64,000 nt of DNA from Candidatus Hadarchaeum sp. (GCF_038871235.1 NZ_JAVZIN010000006.1:1-64000), one strand, 5' to 3'; counted from the stretch's first letter, positions 19,020 through 28,359 are shown. Numbers and translations: made by a program. The notes: a model not told the origin generated them from the letters alone.

Positions 19020-19034
19020 TTAACATGTTAACAT
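19020..19034. promoter_or_regulatory. Candidate operator between the ferredoxin/AOR operon and its divergent regulator
   Basis: Perfect palindrome TTAACATGTTAA (19020-19031) overlapping a second palindrome ATGTTAACAT (19025-19034) in a 74-bp divergent intergenic region. Confidence 0.55.
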
Positions 19035-19050
19035 AATAAAAGCGAAAAAA

Positions 19051-19737
19051 ATGATAAAAGTGGCCATCCTTAGAATAAGGCACCGCGGCTGTCCCTTTTC
19101 AGATGTAACTGAGAAGTTTCCAAAAATAGAAGCATACACATTTTCCCAGTTAAGATTTCCCGATGAAAAAAACAAGTTTCTTTGTAAGATCGTTGGGGAT
19201 GAAAAAGAAAGAAATAAGTATTTTCATGCTTTTAAAAGCCATCCCTTAACTCGCAAGTTAGAGATGATATCTAAAACCAAGGACACTACGGTCATGTCTG
19301 CGGTCGTCAACTATTCGAGAAAACTTAAGAGCGTGAAATCGATTATTGAGAATTTAGGTTGTCATCACGCAGATATAGTGCTCTTTAAAGAGGGATATGA
19401 GGAGTGGGTGGTATACAATAAGGAGGAAGCGGTGATCAAAGCTGTTATCGATAGACTGAACAATGAGGGATATGAAGTTAAGCTATTGAAGACCTATCCA
19501 GTTGAATCGTGGGAAGATAGTATCATGCAAATCAGTCTTAAAGAGGCAATAAACTCGCTGAGCGCGAAACAAAAGTATATTTTCAAGATCGCGTATTCGA
19601 TGGGTTACTATGATGCAAAAAGGAAAGTTTCACTTGACCACATTGCGGATCAGTTAAATATAAGCAAACCTGCAGTCTGGAGACATCTCCACAGATTAGA
19701 AGAAAAAATAATGAAAGCTGTTTCAGAATTAATTTGA
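19051..19737 (+). CDS. HTH_10 (bacterio-opsin activator-type) transcriptional regulator
   Basis: N-terminal IRH.GCPFS; C-terminal LSAKQ..I..AY.MGYYD..RKVSL..IA..L.ISK.AV..HL.R.E.KI. Confidence 0.85.
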   Translation: MIKVAILRIRHRGCPFSDVTEKFPKIEAYTFSQLRFPDEKNKFLCKIVGDEKERNKYFHAFKSHPLTRKLEMISKTKDTTVMSAVVNYSRKLKSVKSIIENLGCHHADIVLFKEGYEEWVVYNKEEAVIKAVIDRLNNEGYEVKLLKTYPVESWEDSIMQISLKEAINSLSAKQKYIFKIAYSMGYYDAKRKVSLDHIADQLNISKPAVWRHLHRLEEKIMKAVSELI

Positions 19738-19959
19738 TGGTGATTGGGCAAACCGTGTGGTAAATTACGCCTTCTTTTAACAGTATGTTAACCTTCCAAT
19801 TTAAAAAAGTCCCGATTTCTAGTTACATACCCGGCACATTTCCGAATCTCGACGGAAATTGGGCTGACATCAAAAGATGATTTTTATCCGCTCAGGCAAA
19901 ATATCGGCAGGCCTTTTACATCTTAATGGACATTTGTCTGTGAATCAGCAAATCAAATA

Positions 19960-20037
19960 TGGTGGGCCCGGAGGGATTCGAACCCTCGACCTTCCGGTTA
20001 TCAGCCGAACGCGCTAGCCATGCTGCGCCACGGGCCC
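19960..20037 (-). tRNA. tRNA-Ile(GAT), CCA encoded
   Basis: Reverse complement GGGCCCG TG GCGC AGCATGGCTA GCGC G TTCGG CT GAT AA CCGGA AGGTC GAGGG TTCGAAT CCCTC CGGGCCC A CCA. Confidence 0.95.
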
Positions 20038-20233
20038 CTTTTCACCTCTCGGAAATCCACTATTTTAGTCTGCCGTATAACGCTTGCTGTCTGGCCTCTG
20101 TTGTTCGATTTTTCCATTATATAAGCAACCGCGCCACAAAATCTCAGCGGGAAACACACGTTTTCGCTATCTCAAACTTTGAAACTTCGAGTTCTTAAAT
20201 CGTGGCGAGCAGATAAAAAAGGAGGCTGATCGC

Positions 20234-21802
20234 CTGAGGGATCCGAGCGGGCTTCGGATCTTTTTAGCTACCATGATTTGTTTAGCTTTCACGCTGACGC
20301 TGATAGCTCCGGCAGCCGCTGAAGGCCTGAATCGCCGGGAGATTCAGTTCACCATCGAGAGAAATTTGACGGTCATTTGGGGCGAGGTTGTCGATGCCGA
20401 CACAGGACGGCCGGTGGTGGGAGCTATTGTCGCCGCTGAGATGGACACTGGCTCAAAGTACCAAGCTAGAACCGATGCCAACGGTCAATTTATGATCATG
20501 GTGGCTGAGGACGGCGATCATAATTATACGTTAAATATAGCCGCTACCGGTTATGATCCGAAGGCCGTCAGCGGTTCTGTAAAATTTGGGGAGAACAAGC
20601 ACCTGACCATTGAGCTAAAATACAACCCCTTTGACCTACAGCTTTCGGAAAGTTACGGAAGCCTGACCCGAGGCTACATGGCTTACAGTTACGCCGGCAG
20701 GCGATCGGTACCTTTTCTCGCCCAGCGCACCGTTCCGGTCTTGGACGAGAAGGGAAATCCAGTTTATGACGTAATCGAGGAAAGGACCGTCACCGGTTAC
20801 ACGTGGGAGGAGAGAATTACAGTTTACCGGACGGAGACCTATACGGTGCGGGTTTCGTATCCCGTCCCGATGTATAGAACTGAGACGTACGTTTCCGGAT
20901 GGACGTGGGCTAAGTTTGGCTGGCTGTATCTGCCTGTTCCAGTGTATTCGACGCGACAGGTTTTCGTTGGTTACTCGGTGAGGTACACCACCCAGACTTT
21001 AACCAGACGTGTGCCCTATGAGACATGGGTGGTCAGATCTTCTTCAACCAAGCCTGATTTTCTTAATGATCCAGCCAAACTCCGGGAGGGAAATATAAGA
21101 AACGTGAAGGAGATCTACACAGTTACCCTGAGGCAGGTTCCCAGAACACGCGTCGAGACATATACTGCTTATAGAATATACAATTATGGGGGCACCTATT
21201 ACACGTTTCTTCCTTGGGGAAGCAAACAGACCACGGTGATCGTCACTCCTAGGAACGGTTACACCGGAAGCGTCTTGCTTATCACCGAATCCAGCGGGCT
21301 GGAGGCTTTGTTGGGTACTACTGAGTTGGGTTTCTCTTCTGTGGCGACAACGACATTGACCTTGACCCCAAGATATGCCGCTACCCATGTGCTTAATTTA
21401 ATGGCCCTTGATTCCGGCGGGCGCTTGGTCAGAACTTGCAGCTACAGGCTTGATGCTATGGAGACGCTGCCAAGCCCGGAGAGCTGGGAGCGATATGTCT
21501 GGACAGCTAGGGAGCCTGATTATATGCCTGCGACAATAGTTAACACTAGAATATACACCGAGGAAATAAACACGCAAATAAAAAGTGAGTCTGTAGAATT
21601 TGAAATATTGTTATCAAAGGGAGAGAAGTTTTTCAGCAAACTTGGTCCGATATATGATGGTGGCTCGGTTGGTGGACCTATGACCCAATTCTGGACGGTG
21701 AATATTCAACAACCAGTCAGACCCGACGGGACGCTAAATTATATCAATCAAAAAGCCTGGGAAATGGTGTACGGTATATTGCAGTTTGCGAATGATCAAT
21801 AA
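20234..21802 (+). CDS. Secreted/surface protein: signal peptide, carboxypeptidase-regulatory-like beta domain and long T/Y/V/R-rich beta insert
   Basis: Hydrophobic N-terminus ending APAAA; GEVVDADTGRPVVGA.V...TDANGQF...A.GY pattern. GGAGG lies 8 nt before an in-frame CTG at 20234 (ATG alternative at 20273). Confidence 0.65.
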   Translation: MRDPSGLRIFLATMICLAFTLTLIAPAAAEGLNRREIQFTIERNLTVIWGEVVDADTGRPVVGAIVAAEMDTGSKYQARTDANGQFMIMVAEDGDHNYTLNIAATGYDPKAVSGSVKFGENKHLTIELKYNPFDLQLSESYGSLTRGYMAYSYAGRRSVPFLAQRTVPVLDEKGNPVYDVIEERTVTGYTWEERITVYRTETYTVRVSYPVPMYRTETYVSGWTWAKFGWLYLPVPVYSTRQVFVGYSVRYTTQTLTRRVPYETWVVRSSSTKPDFLNDPAKLREGNIRNVKEIYTVTLRQVPRTRVETYTAYRIYNYGGTYYTFLPWGSKQTTVIVTPRNGYTGSVLLITESSGLEALLGTTELGFSSVATTTLTLTPRYAATHVLNLMALDSGGRLVRTCSYRLDAMETLPSPESWERYVWTAREPDYMPATIVNTRIYTEEINTQIKSESVEFEILLSKGEKFFSKLGPIYDGGSVGGPMTQFWTVNIQQPVRPDGTLNYINQKAWEMVYGILQFANDQ

Positions 21803-21820
21803 TTCAAGATTGTACCACGT

Positions 21821-22675
21821 TTAATAAGGGAACAGTCTCACGAATGAATCCCACACATTATCCAAGTGGCGACTGAATGTTTCAATTGGTTCGTAATTGT
21901 TACCATTGATTCTTCTTGATAATTGTGCCCAGAATGAAAGGTCAATTGCTGCTTTTCCATATTCACCTGATGGAAAGGTGCCTTTGTACCCTGCAATACT
22001 TCTCTTTTGGTTGTCACCGTAAACAATGAGTGATACTTTGCTGGCGTCCTTTATGGGTACATATACAAAAGCAGAAATCCAAAAAACTTCGCGTGGATAT
22101 AGTCGGTCGATGTTTAAAAAATACATTGGACTAATATATGTAAGATCAATTCCATGGTTAATAACTCCTACAATTGTTTTTCTCATTCCCTTGAAATTAT
22201 AGACTTGGGATTCGTCTGCTTGAAGGGTGAGAGAGTTATCATCCTCTAGATAATAAAGTATCCAAGAACCATAGGTTGTTAATGCCGCATTCTCCAAGTT
22301 TGGGCACGGAAATCCTATCAATACATTTTCAATGGGGAGATTATTTTCGCTCCCCCAATAGGTGAAACTAGCCTCCATCTTGAAGGTCACCATCTCTTCA
22401 GAGCGTAGATCCCATGGAACACCTGCGCTAACAGTAGTCGCGATTAATCCGATAGCCAACAACGTCGGAACCGCAACGCTCCATTTGTTTCCGGAGATTT
22501 TTCCCGCCAACCCCGCCGCAAAGAACCAAGCCACCCCAACCGTTATTACAAGAGTAAGTGGTGAGATCGGCCACCCTGTCACAAGATTAAAGGCGATAAT
22601 GATTAGCGTGAAAACGATAATTGAGGCGGCAACGCTGACGAGAAACCTCGCCGGAAATTTTCTCATACTATCCAC
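21821..22675 (-). CDS. Hypothetical membrane protein (3 N-terminal TM helices + soluble domain)
   Basis: 284-aa ORF with hydrophobic N-terminal third; no family recognised. Confidence 0.6.
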   Translation of the reverse strand: MDSMRKFPARFLVSVAASIIVFTLIIIAFNLVTGWPISPLTLVITVGVAWFFAAGLAGKISGNKWSVAVPTLLAIGLIATTVSAGVPWDLRSEEMVTFKMEASFTYWGSENNLPIENVLIGFPCPNLENAALTTYGSWILYYLEDDNSLTLQADESQVYNFKGMRKTIVGVINHGIDLTYISPMYFLNIDRLYPREVFWISAFVYVPIKDASKVSLIVYGDNQKRSIAGYKGTFPSGEYGKAAIDLSFWAQLSRRINGNNYEPIETFSRHLDNVWDSFVRLFPY

Positions 22676-22773
22676 GTTTGTTTAATGTTTTGCCCTTAAC
22701 ACTTTTTCCTTTCAGAGCGAGAACTATAAAACTGATGAATGTGGTAAGATAGATACACCGAGCGCCGCCCGGG

Positions 22774-23352
22774 GTGGTTCTCTTGGATCAGGAGTTCACG
22801 TTTCTGGATGAGAAACAGCGCGAAAGGCTGAGCCGGCTCATGGCCTTTCACCTGCGCCACGACGCCACCATTGAAAGGACTCCGGAGGGATTTGTGAGCG
22901 TCCAGAAGCTCGCCGAGATCATTCGCAGGAAGATAAACTGGGTCAAGCCGCAGCACATCCGAGAGGTGGCCATCTTTGACACCAAAGGCAGATACGAACT
23001 TGACGGGCAACTGATCCGGGCCCGCTACGGGCACTCGGTGGATGTGAAGCTGGACTACCCTGAGGCGGACGTTGACTTTCTTTATTATGCCGTGGCTCCG
23101 GATGCGGTGCCCCAAGCCACCACCGAAGGTCTGAAGCCGCTGGCCAGAAAGATGGTTCACCTCTCCCCCACCGTGGACAAGGCTCTGGAAGCGGGAAAGA
23201 TTCGCGCCGATAACCCCGTGGTGTTGGTCGTGGACGTGAGGCGGGCCAAGGAGATGGGCATCAAGATTTTAAAGGCTTCGGACAGGGTTTATCTGGCTCC
23301 GGAGGTCCCGCCACAGTGCATCAAACCGTTGGAAGGTAAGAGCCATTATTGA
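22774..23352 (+). CDS. kptA: RNA 2'-phosphotransferase Tpt1/KptA
   Basis: RLS......LRH, KGRY, IRARYGHS, GLKPL.RKMVHLS. Confidence 0.9.
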   Translation: MVLLDQEFTFLDEKQRERLSRLMAFHLRHDATIERTPEGFVSVQKLAEIIRRKINWVKPQHIREVAIFDTKGRYELDGQLIRARYGHSVDVKLDYPEADVDFLYYAVAPDAVPQATTEGLKPLARKMVHLSPTVDKALEAGKIRADNPVVLVVDVRRAKEMGIKILKASDRVYLAPEVPPQCIKPLEGKSHY

Positions 23353-23411
23353 TGGTTCATACCGCGGGTGTGTGAGATCCACCAGCTTTGAAAAACAAGT
23401 CTTTTTAGAAA

Positions 23412-24527
23412 TTACTTGGTCCAGATGAGCAGCCCTTCCTTGGTAATGCCGAGCTTTTTCCTCGACGGCGTGGTGCAGTACCTTTTGTTCACGATGACGA
23501 GGCTCTTGGCCCTAAGCCCGGCCTTCTCCGCCAGCCCGCTTAAGGTCTGGCAAACGTCGACGGGTCCGCCGGGGAGGCATCCATCAGAAACCACTAGGCA
23601 GATGTTGGCTCCCTTCTTACAGACCCTTTGGATCTCCTTGATCACTTCGAACAGGTCCTTGAAGTAACCCCAGGTTTCCCTCGGCTTATTTCCAACCAAG
23701 TCCACCAATTGGGAGAAATCGCCACCCTCGCTGCCCCCGATCAAATCGCTTGGGTTCGGTCCCTCGATCCCCGCGACCCACTGTTCAATTCTGTAGGCGG
23801 AGAGGTACTCTTTTTTTCCGAGATATGGGGGGGAGGTGATCACGGCATCAACACTACCATCGGTGAGATTCATCTTTCTCGCGTCACAGAACTCGACCTT
23901 GACCTTGGACCCTTTCATCCTGAGTTTCTTGATGTCACTGCACATCCTCCGCAGCTGTCTGCCCAGCTCTTGAAGAAGCGGCGGTATCGGCCTCTTCACC
24001 ACCTTGATCGCTGCCCCATCCTTGTGTGCCCAGCTGCATCTCATGGCCGCAATCGCCAGCCCTAGCAACATGAACTCACGAATCGCCTCATCTTCTAACT
24101 CTAGGATTTTTCGCCGGATTGAGGCGATCTCCTCTATGACCGCGCTGGGGAAGACCCTGGCGATAAATCCCGGGGCCTCAACCTTCTGTCCTTCAAATCT
24201 GTTTTTCAAAAAGGCCTCTATATTCTCCTTTAATTTGCCGGCGTCATAGTCGCGCAATTTGACCCTCGCCGCAAGTAGAAGAATTGGGTGAACGTCATAG
24301 CCGATGCAATCAAGCTCAAGCTCCCGGCAGGCGAGAGGTGTGGTGCCTGTTCCGCAAAAGGGATCAAGAACCAAATCACCTTCATCGAGCCCCCAAGTTT
24401 CCGCGAGCAGCAGCACCAGTTCCCGGGAAAAGGACTCCTTCATCGTAAACCAGTTGTAAACAGGGCGATGACGATCGGGCAGAGGCGTGGTGAGCTTTCC
24501 CAGCCACAGCTTTTCGGTTATTTTCAA
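23412..24527 (-). CDS. Amino (N4-C/N6-A) DNA methyltransferase, orphan
   Basis: YNWF..KESFS, VLDPFCGTGTT (motif I) before ITSPPY (motif IV). TTG start after GGAGGG overlaps the helicase TGA. Confidence 0.82.
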   Translation of the reverse strand: MKITEKLWLGKLTTPLPDRHRPVYNWFTMKESFSRELVLLLAETWGLDEGDLVLDPFCGTGTTPLACRELELDCIGYDVHPILLLAARVKLRDYDAGKLKENIEAFLKNRFEGQKVEAPGFIARVFPSAVIEEIASIRRKILELEDEAIREFMLLGLAIAAMRCSWAHKDGAAIKVVKRPIPPLLQELGRQLRRMCSDIKKLRMKGSKVKVEFCDARKMNLTDGSVDAVITSPPYLGKKEYLSAYRIEQWVAGIEGPNPSDLIGGSEGGDFSQLVDLVGNKPRETWGYFKDLFEVIKEIQRVCKKGANICLVVSDGCLPGGPVDVCQTLSGLAEKAGLRAKSLVIVNKRYCTTPSRKKLGITKEGLLIWTK

Positions 24528-26290
24528 GAATACCCCTCCACGATTTTTCCCTTCCAGAGCTGGCGGAGCTGTGAATGGCACATCCCATCCGGACTCCAGA
24601 ACTCGGCCTCGTCCTCATCCGATCGCAGAACCCTTCCGATCTGCTGGACGAATTCCCTCGCCGAAATGTCGTGATAATAGTTGCGGAAGGCCTCAGGACC
24701 AAGCCGGCGCTCCATGCCTTTGAGCAGCGGGTCGGAGCGGTCGGGAAAGGGGAACTTAAGCAGGATAATGCTTTTGATCCCCTTGAGGTCCGCCCCTCGG
24801 TCCATTTTAGTCGTGAACATGATATCATCGAAGGTGTAGGAATCACCGCCCTGGCTTACCTTCTCCCTGAGCCCGGGCGGCAGATAGGTGTGGGCGTGGA
24901 CGGGCACGAAGCTCGGCCGTTTCGCCCGCTTCATTATCCTCTCGAGCATTCCCCAATATTTTCTCCTGAACTTCTCATCGGCCCACTTCCGGTAGTTGAT
25001 GACCTCCTCAGTGCCGAGCCTCCTCCTGATCAACCTTCCCGGGAATCTGGTTTCGCCTTCAATAAAGGTGGGCTCGATGCCGAAGACGTCCTTTAAAACT
25101 GTTTTATCTTGAACAGTGGCGGACATCAGCAGCCACTTGCCGCCGACCTTGTAGCGAATGCTCTCGAGAACTATCTTGGGATCGGGGACGAAATAGGTGA
25201 TTCCCTTCTCCCAAATCTCCCACTCTGCGTGGCTCCGGTGCTCCAGCACCGATTCAAGCTTCCAAAGCAGATCCCCGGAGGTCTCGTCGGTCTCGTTTAA
25301 TAGGTCGACCAGAGCCCGCACGAGCCTGAGCGGATTGCCCCCGCCCGCCAGGCACCGGGACCACTCGTCGCGCAGCTCCTCCATCATCTCCTTAAGCCCG
25401 GTTTCATCCTCCTCGGCAAACTCGAGGCTCCTCTTAACGACTTCCTGTAGCCAGCTGATGATGCGTTCGGTAACTGAAACCTTCACCGCCAGTGAGTCGA
25501 GCCAGTAGTCCGCCTCGTCAACAACGGTGAGTGGTACCTCAGGCAGCCTGCCAGCGTTGACCTCGGCCGCCCACTTGGCTGAATTCATGACGATGGCATC
25601 GGCGTCGACGTAAGCCTGAAATTGCTTCCAGTAGGGGCAGTCTCCCTTCATGCACCAGATCCAGCTGCCCCTTATCCCCGCGTAAGAGACCTTTTTTACC
25701 TCCTTTAATGATCTGGCCAGTTCAGGGCGGAAGATGAACCCCCAATGAGGACACTCTTGGATGGCATCGATCCGGCGTTCACCGCTCCTCCAGTCAACGG
25801 GCCTCTTGCAGGGAAGTGAGCTGCTGTCGCAGGAGACGCTGCGACCCTTGTCAGCCTGGAACTTGCAGCGGAAGTTCCTGCGCCCCTTGAGGATTCCTAT
25901 CTTCAGCCGGGTGCCGTCTTCCTTGAGGAAGTACTTCTCCCCCTCGTAGGCGGCAGCGTACTGATCTGAGAGAACCTTGGTCGGGACCGAGACGATGCCG
26001 CGGCCGAACTCCATTATCGTCCTGAGCCCCACGGCCGACTTGCCGCTGCCCACGGTGGCCCGGAGGAAGACGATATCGTTGTCCTCGAAGGCCAAGATTA
26101 TTTCCTTGATCAGGTCGGCCTGCGTCTTTCCTGAGGAGTAGCGGCGGGGCTCCAGCTGGCCCTCCCTCCCGTAGAGGCTGAACTTGATTTTCTCCGCAGG
26201 CATCGGTTTTCGCCCCGGAGATAACTTACGGGCACCGCGTCTATTTATCTCACGCAACCATCGCCAAAAATCTAAAAAGACTCCCGCCAT
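24524..26290 (-). CDS. SF2 DinG/XPD-like helicase with Cys-rich (Fe-S-like) insert; start uncertain (26203-26344)
   Basis: Q motif KTQ, ATVGSGKS, VPTK.L.DQY, KGRRNFRC...C....PC...CP...CPY, VVDEAD, MSAT, RGAD, PFPD, QQIGRVLR. Confidence 0.8.
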   Translation of the reverse strand: MAGVFLDFWRWLREINRRGARKLSPGRKPMPAEKIKFSLYGREGQLEPRRYSSGKTQADLIKEIILAFEDNDIVFLRATVGSGKSAVGLRTIMEFGRGIVSVPTKVLSDQYAAAYEGEKYFLKEDGTRLKIGILKGRRNFRCKFQADKGRSVSCDSSSLPCKRPVDWRSGERRIDAIQECPHWGFIFRPELARSLKEVKKVSYAGIRGSWIWCMKGDCPYWKQFQAYVDADAIVMNSAKWAAEVNAGRLPEVPLTVVDEADYWLDSLAVKVSVTERIISWLQEVVKRSLEFAEEDETGLKEMMEELRDEWSRCLAGGGNPLRLVRALVDLLNETDETSGDLLWKLESVLEHRSHAEWEIWEKGITYFVPDPKIVLESIRYKVGGKWLLMSATVQDKTVLKDVFGIEPTFIEGETRFPGRLIRRRLGTEEVINYRKWADEKFRRKYWGMLERIMKRAKRPSFVPVHAHTYLPPGLREKVSQGGDSYTFDDIMFTTKMDRGADLKGIKSIILLKFPFPDRSDPLLKGMERRLGPEAFRNYYHDISAREFVQQIGRVLRSDEDEAEFWSPDGMCHSQLRQLWKGKIVEGYS

Positions 26291-26400
26291 CGCTTTGCGT
26301 ATCGGTTCTATAAATGTGATTAGCGAATTCTCAGGATTTGGCAAGCAGCGTCTTAAGCACCTTTATATAGTTTCCCTGTGATATCACTCGGAGCCATCAG

Positions 26401-28359
26401 TTGTCCTATTGTCATGAGTGCGGTGCCGAAATCGGCGGCGGGGCGAAGTTCTGTCAAAACTGTGGCGCGCAGGTTTTTTCCAGATCGTCCTTGAGAGAGC
26501 TGAACCCTTCGGAAAAGTCCCAGGAAAATCTAAGGGAAACAGGAGCCGTCAGCAGGACAGAGAATTTACAAGTTTCATCGAAGCGGGCCATATCTGAGGG
26601 ACGGCCTAAGCCTAGGAAAGGCAACGTGAGAGCCCGCAGAGTTTTAGTAGGCGTGATAGCGCTGGTCTTCGTCGCATTTTTAATTTATATGATTCCGACA
26701 ATGGATGGAACCGAGCTAACAACAACCCAGGCAACGACCCAGTTCAGTTCCACCTCAACCTCATCCACGATTCAATCTACCACCCAGCCAGTGGTGCTGG
26801 GAGTGCTGGAAAGGGCCACAAATTACGTGGGCACCTATCCTGCGGCGGCGAATGTCAATTACATCGACTCCAGCGGCCGAGAGATGAGCGTGTTAGCATA
26901 TCCCGGACAAATTCAGGTTTTCTTCGATCCGGCGACAACCTATGAAGATGCTGGGAAGATCATCAAATCAAATGGCGGCGTCATTATTGGGGCGATTCCT
27001 CAGGTCGGTTATTCTCTGGTTCAGATCAGCGTCGGCTTGGAATCCTCTTTCATTTCATCAATTCTGACCCACTCGCAGGTCATCGATGCCATGCCCAACT
27101 TGGCGCTGGAGCAGGAGGAGGATGGGATCTTTATCAGCGAGGAGTACCTCACCACCTCTAAGCCGGTGCCGCTGAACGTCCATGGTCCGGTTGCCGTCGA
27201 CAGCGGACAGCACGGAAGGGATGTTGTCGGTACGGCGGCAGCCAATGGAGGCGAGATCACCGACATCGTTAACATAACCGGACTTGATGGTAGGACTCCA
27301 GGTGATAAGTGGATCTTGGCGCTGAACGCCATCGCCCAGGGGAACGCCATTTTTAACCCCGGGACAACTACCTACATTAACATCTCCCAAGGCGCCGGCT
27401 ATCGTGACGATGCCCGGAGCGGCGACACCAATGGTAACGGCGAGCTGGGCGACTGGTCGGACTGGTCCAACCTTCCTCCGGAACTACAGCAGGAGGCCAT
27501 TAACAATCGCATTGCCTTCATGAGCAACGTGCTCCGCGGGATTGAGTCGCTGCCCTATGATCTTTACAACGATACCTTCATCACCATGTCGGGAGGAAAC
27601 AATGGCATGCCCCTAGAACCAGTGTTGGCCGCCCTGAGGTCGAATGCTGGGTGGGAGGCACTGCTCCGTGACACCATTGCCATCACTACCTGTTCGACTA
27701 GCCTCTACGGTCAGGCAAACCAGGGCCAGCCCGGTGACCCCAGCGTGGTGGTGATGTCCAATCCTCAAGCGGCCCACGGCACTTCGTTTGCCGCTCCGGC
27801 CGCTAATGCCATTATCCAGCATCTCACCAGAGGTGAGATCGTTAAGATCATGAATGACACTGGAGCTTCCTTTGCCCAGGTCGTGCAAGCAGCCGGGATG
27901 GCGAGAGACGCCAACGCCAGTGGCAGGGTGGTGGCGAGCGAGGTCCAAGCGATGGTCGGCATGGTGATGAATTCGGTGGGAAATCTGGAGGGAAGTTGGT
28001 CTGGGTCCTACAGCGCCAGTCACACCGAGTCGACAGATAGCTGGGTTCGACAGTCCGGGGGTGCAATGAGTTGGGAGATCTCCGGGAGCAACGGCACTTT
28101 TCAGGGCAGTCTATTTCTTGACGGGATCCAAGTTCTTGATGTGGACACAGGTGCGGTAATGTGGTACGCTTCCTGCACGGGAACTGTTTCCGGCACCTTT
28201 TCTTCCAGCGGGCTTCAGGGGTCCATAGACTTTACGGTTCCTAATACTCTTTCCCCGCCGAGAAGCTGGCCCTTCACGGCGACGTTGAGCGGTGACACCA
28301 TTGAAGGCGGGGCGAACACCGGAAGGGTCTCTTGGTCCTTCACTCTGGCGCGCCAGTAA
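26401..28359 (+). CDS. Membrane-anchored subtilisin-like (S8) protease with N-terminal zinc ribbon
   Basis: YCHECG..I...AKFCQNCG, single TM, Thr/Ser linker, PGQIQV.F propeptide-like segment, VAVDSGQHG, INISQG, SGGNNG, HGTSFAAP. Confidence 0.7.
   Translation: MSYCHECGAEIGGGAKFCQNCGAQVFSRSSLRELNPSEKSQENLRETGAVSRTENLQVSSKRAISEGRPKPRKGNVRARRVLVGVIALVFVAFLIYMIPTMDGTELTTTQATTQFSSTSTSSTIQSTTQPVVLGVLERATNYVGTYPAAANVNYIDSSGREMSVLAYPGQIQVFFDPATTYEDAGKIIKSNGGVIIGAIPQVGYSLVQISVGLESSFISSILTHSQVIDAMPNLALEQEEDGIFISEEYLTTSKPVPLNVHGPVAVDSGQHGRDVVGTAAANGGEITDIVNITGLDGRTPGDKWILALNAIAQGNAIFNPGTTTYINISQGAGYRDDARSGDTNGNGELGDWSDWSNLPPELQQEAINNRIAFMSNVLRGIESLPYDLYNDTFITMSGGNNGMPLEPVLAALRSNAGWEALLRDTIAITTCSTSLYGQANQGQPGDPSVVVMSNPQAAHGTSFAAPAANAIIQHLTRGEIVKIMNDTGASFAQVVQAAGMARDANASGRVVASEVQAMVGMVMNSVGNLEGSWSGSYSASHTESTDSWVRQSGGAMSWEISGSNGTFQGSLFLDGIQVLDVDTGAVMWYASCTGTVSGTFSSSGLQGSIDFTVPNTLSPPRSWPFTATLSGDTIEGGANTGRVSWSFTLARQ

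Noticed and set aside
8030-20037. Integrative element with att sites at tRNA-Ile
   Set aside because: No duplicate of the tRNA 3' end and no integrase were seen; reported only as a compositional island.
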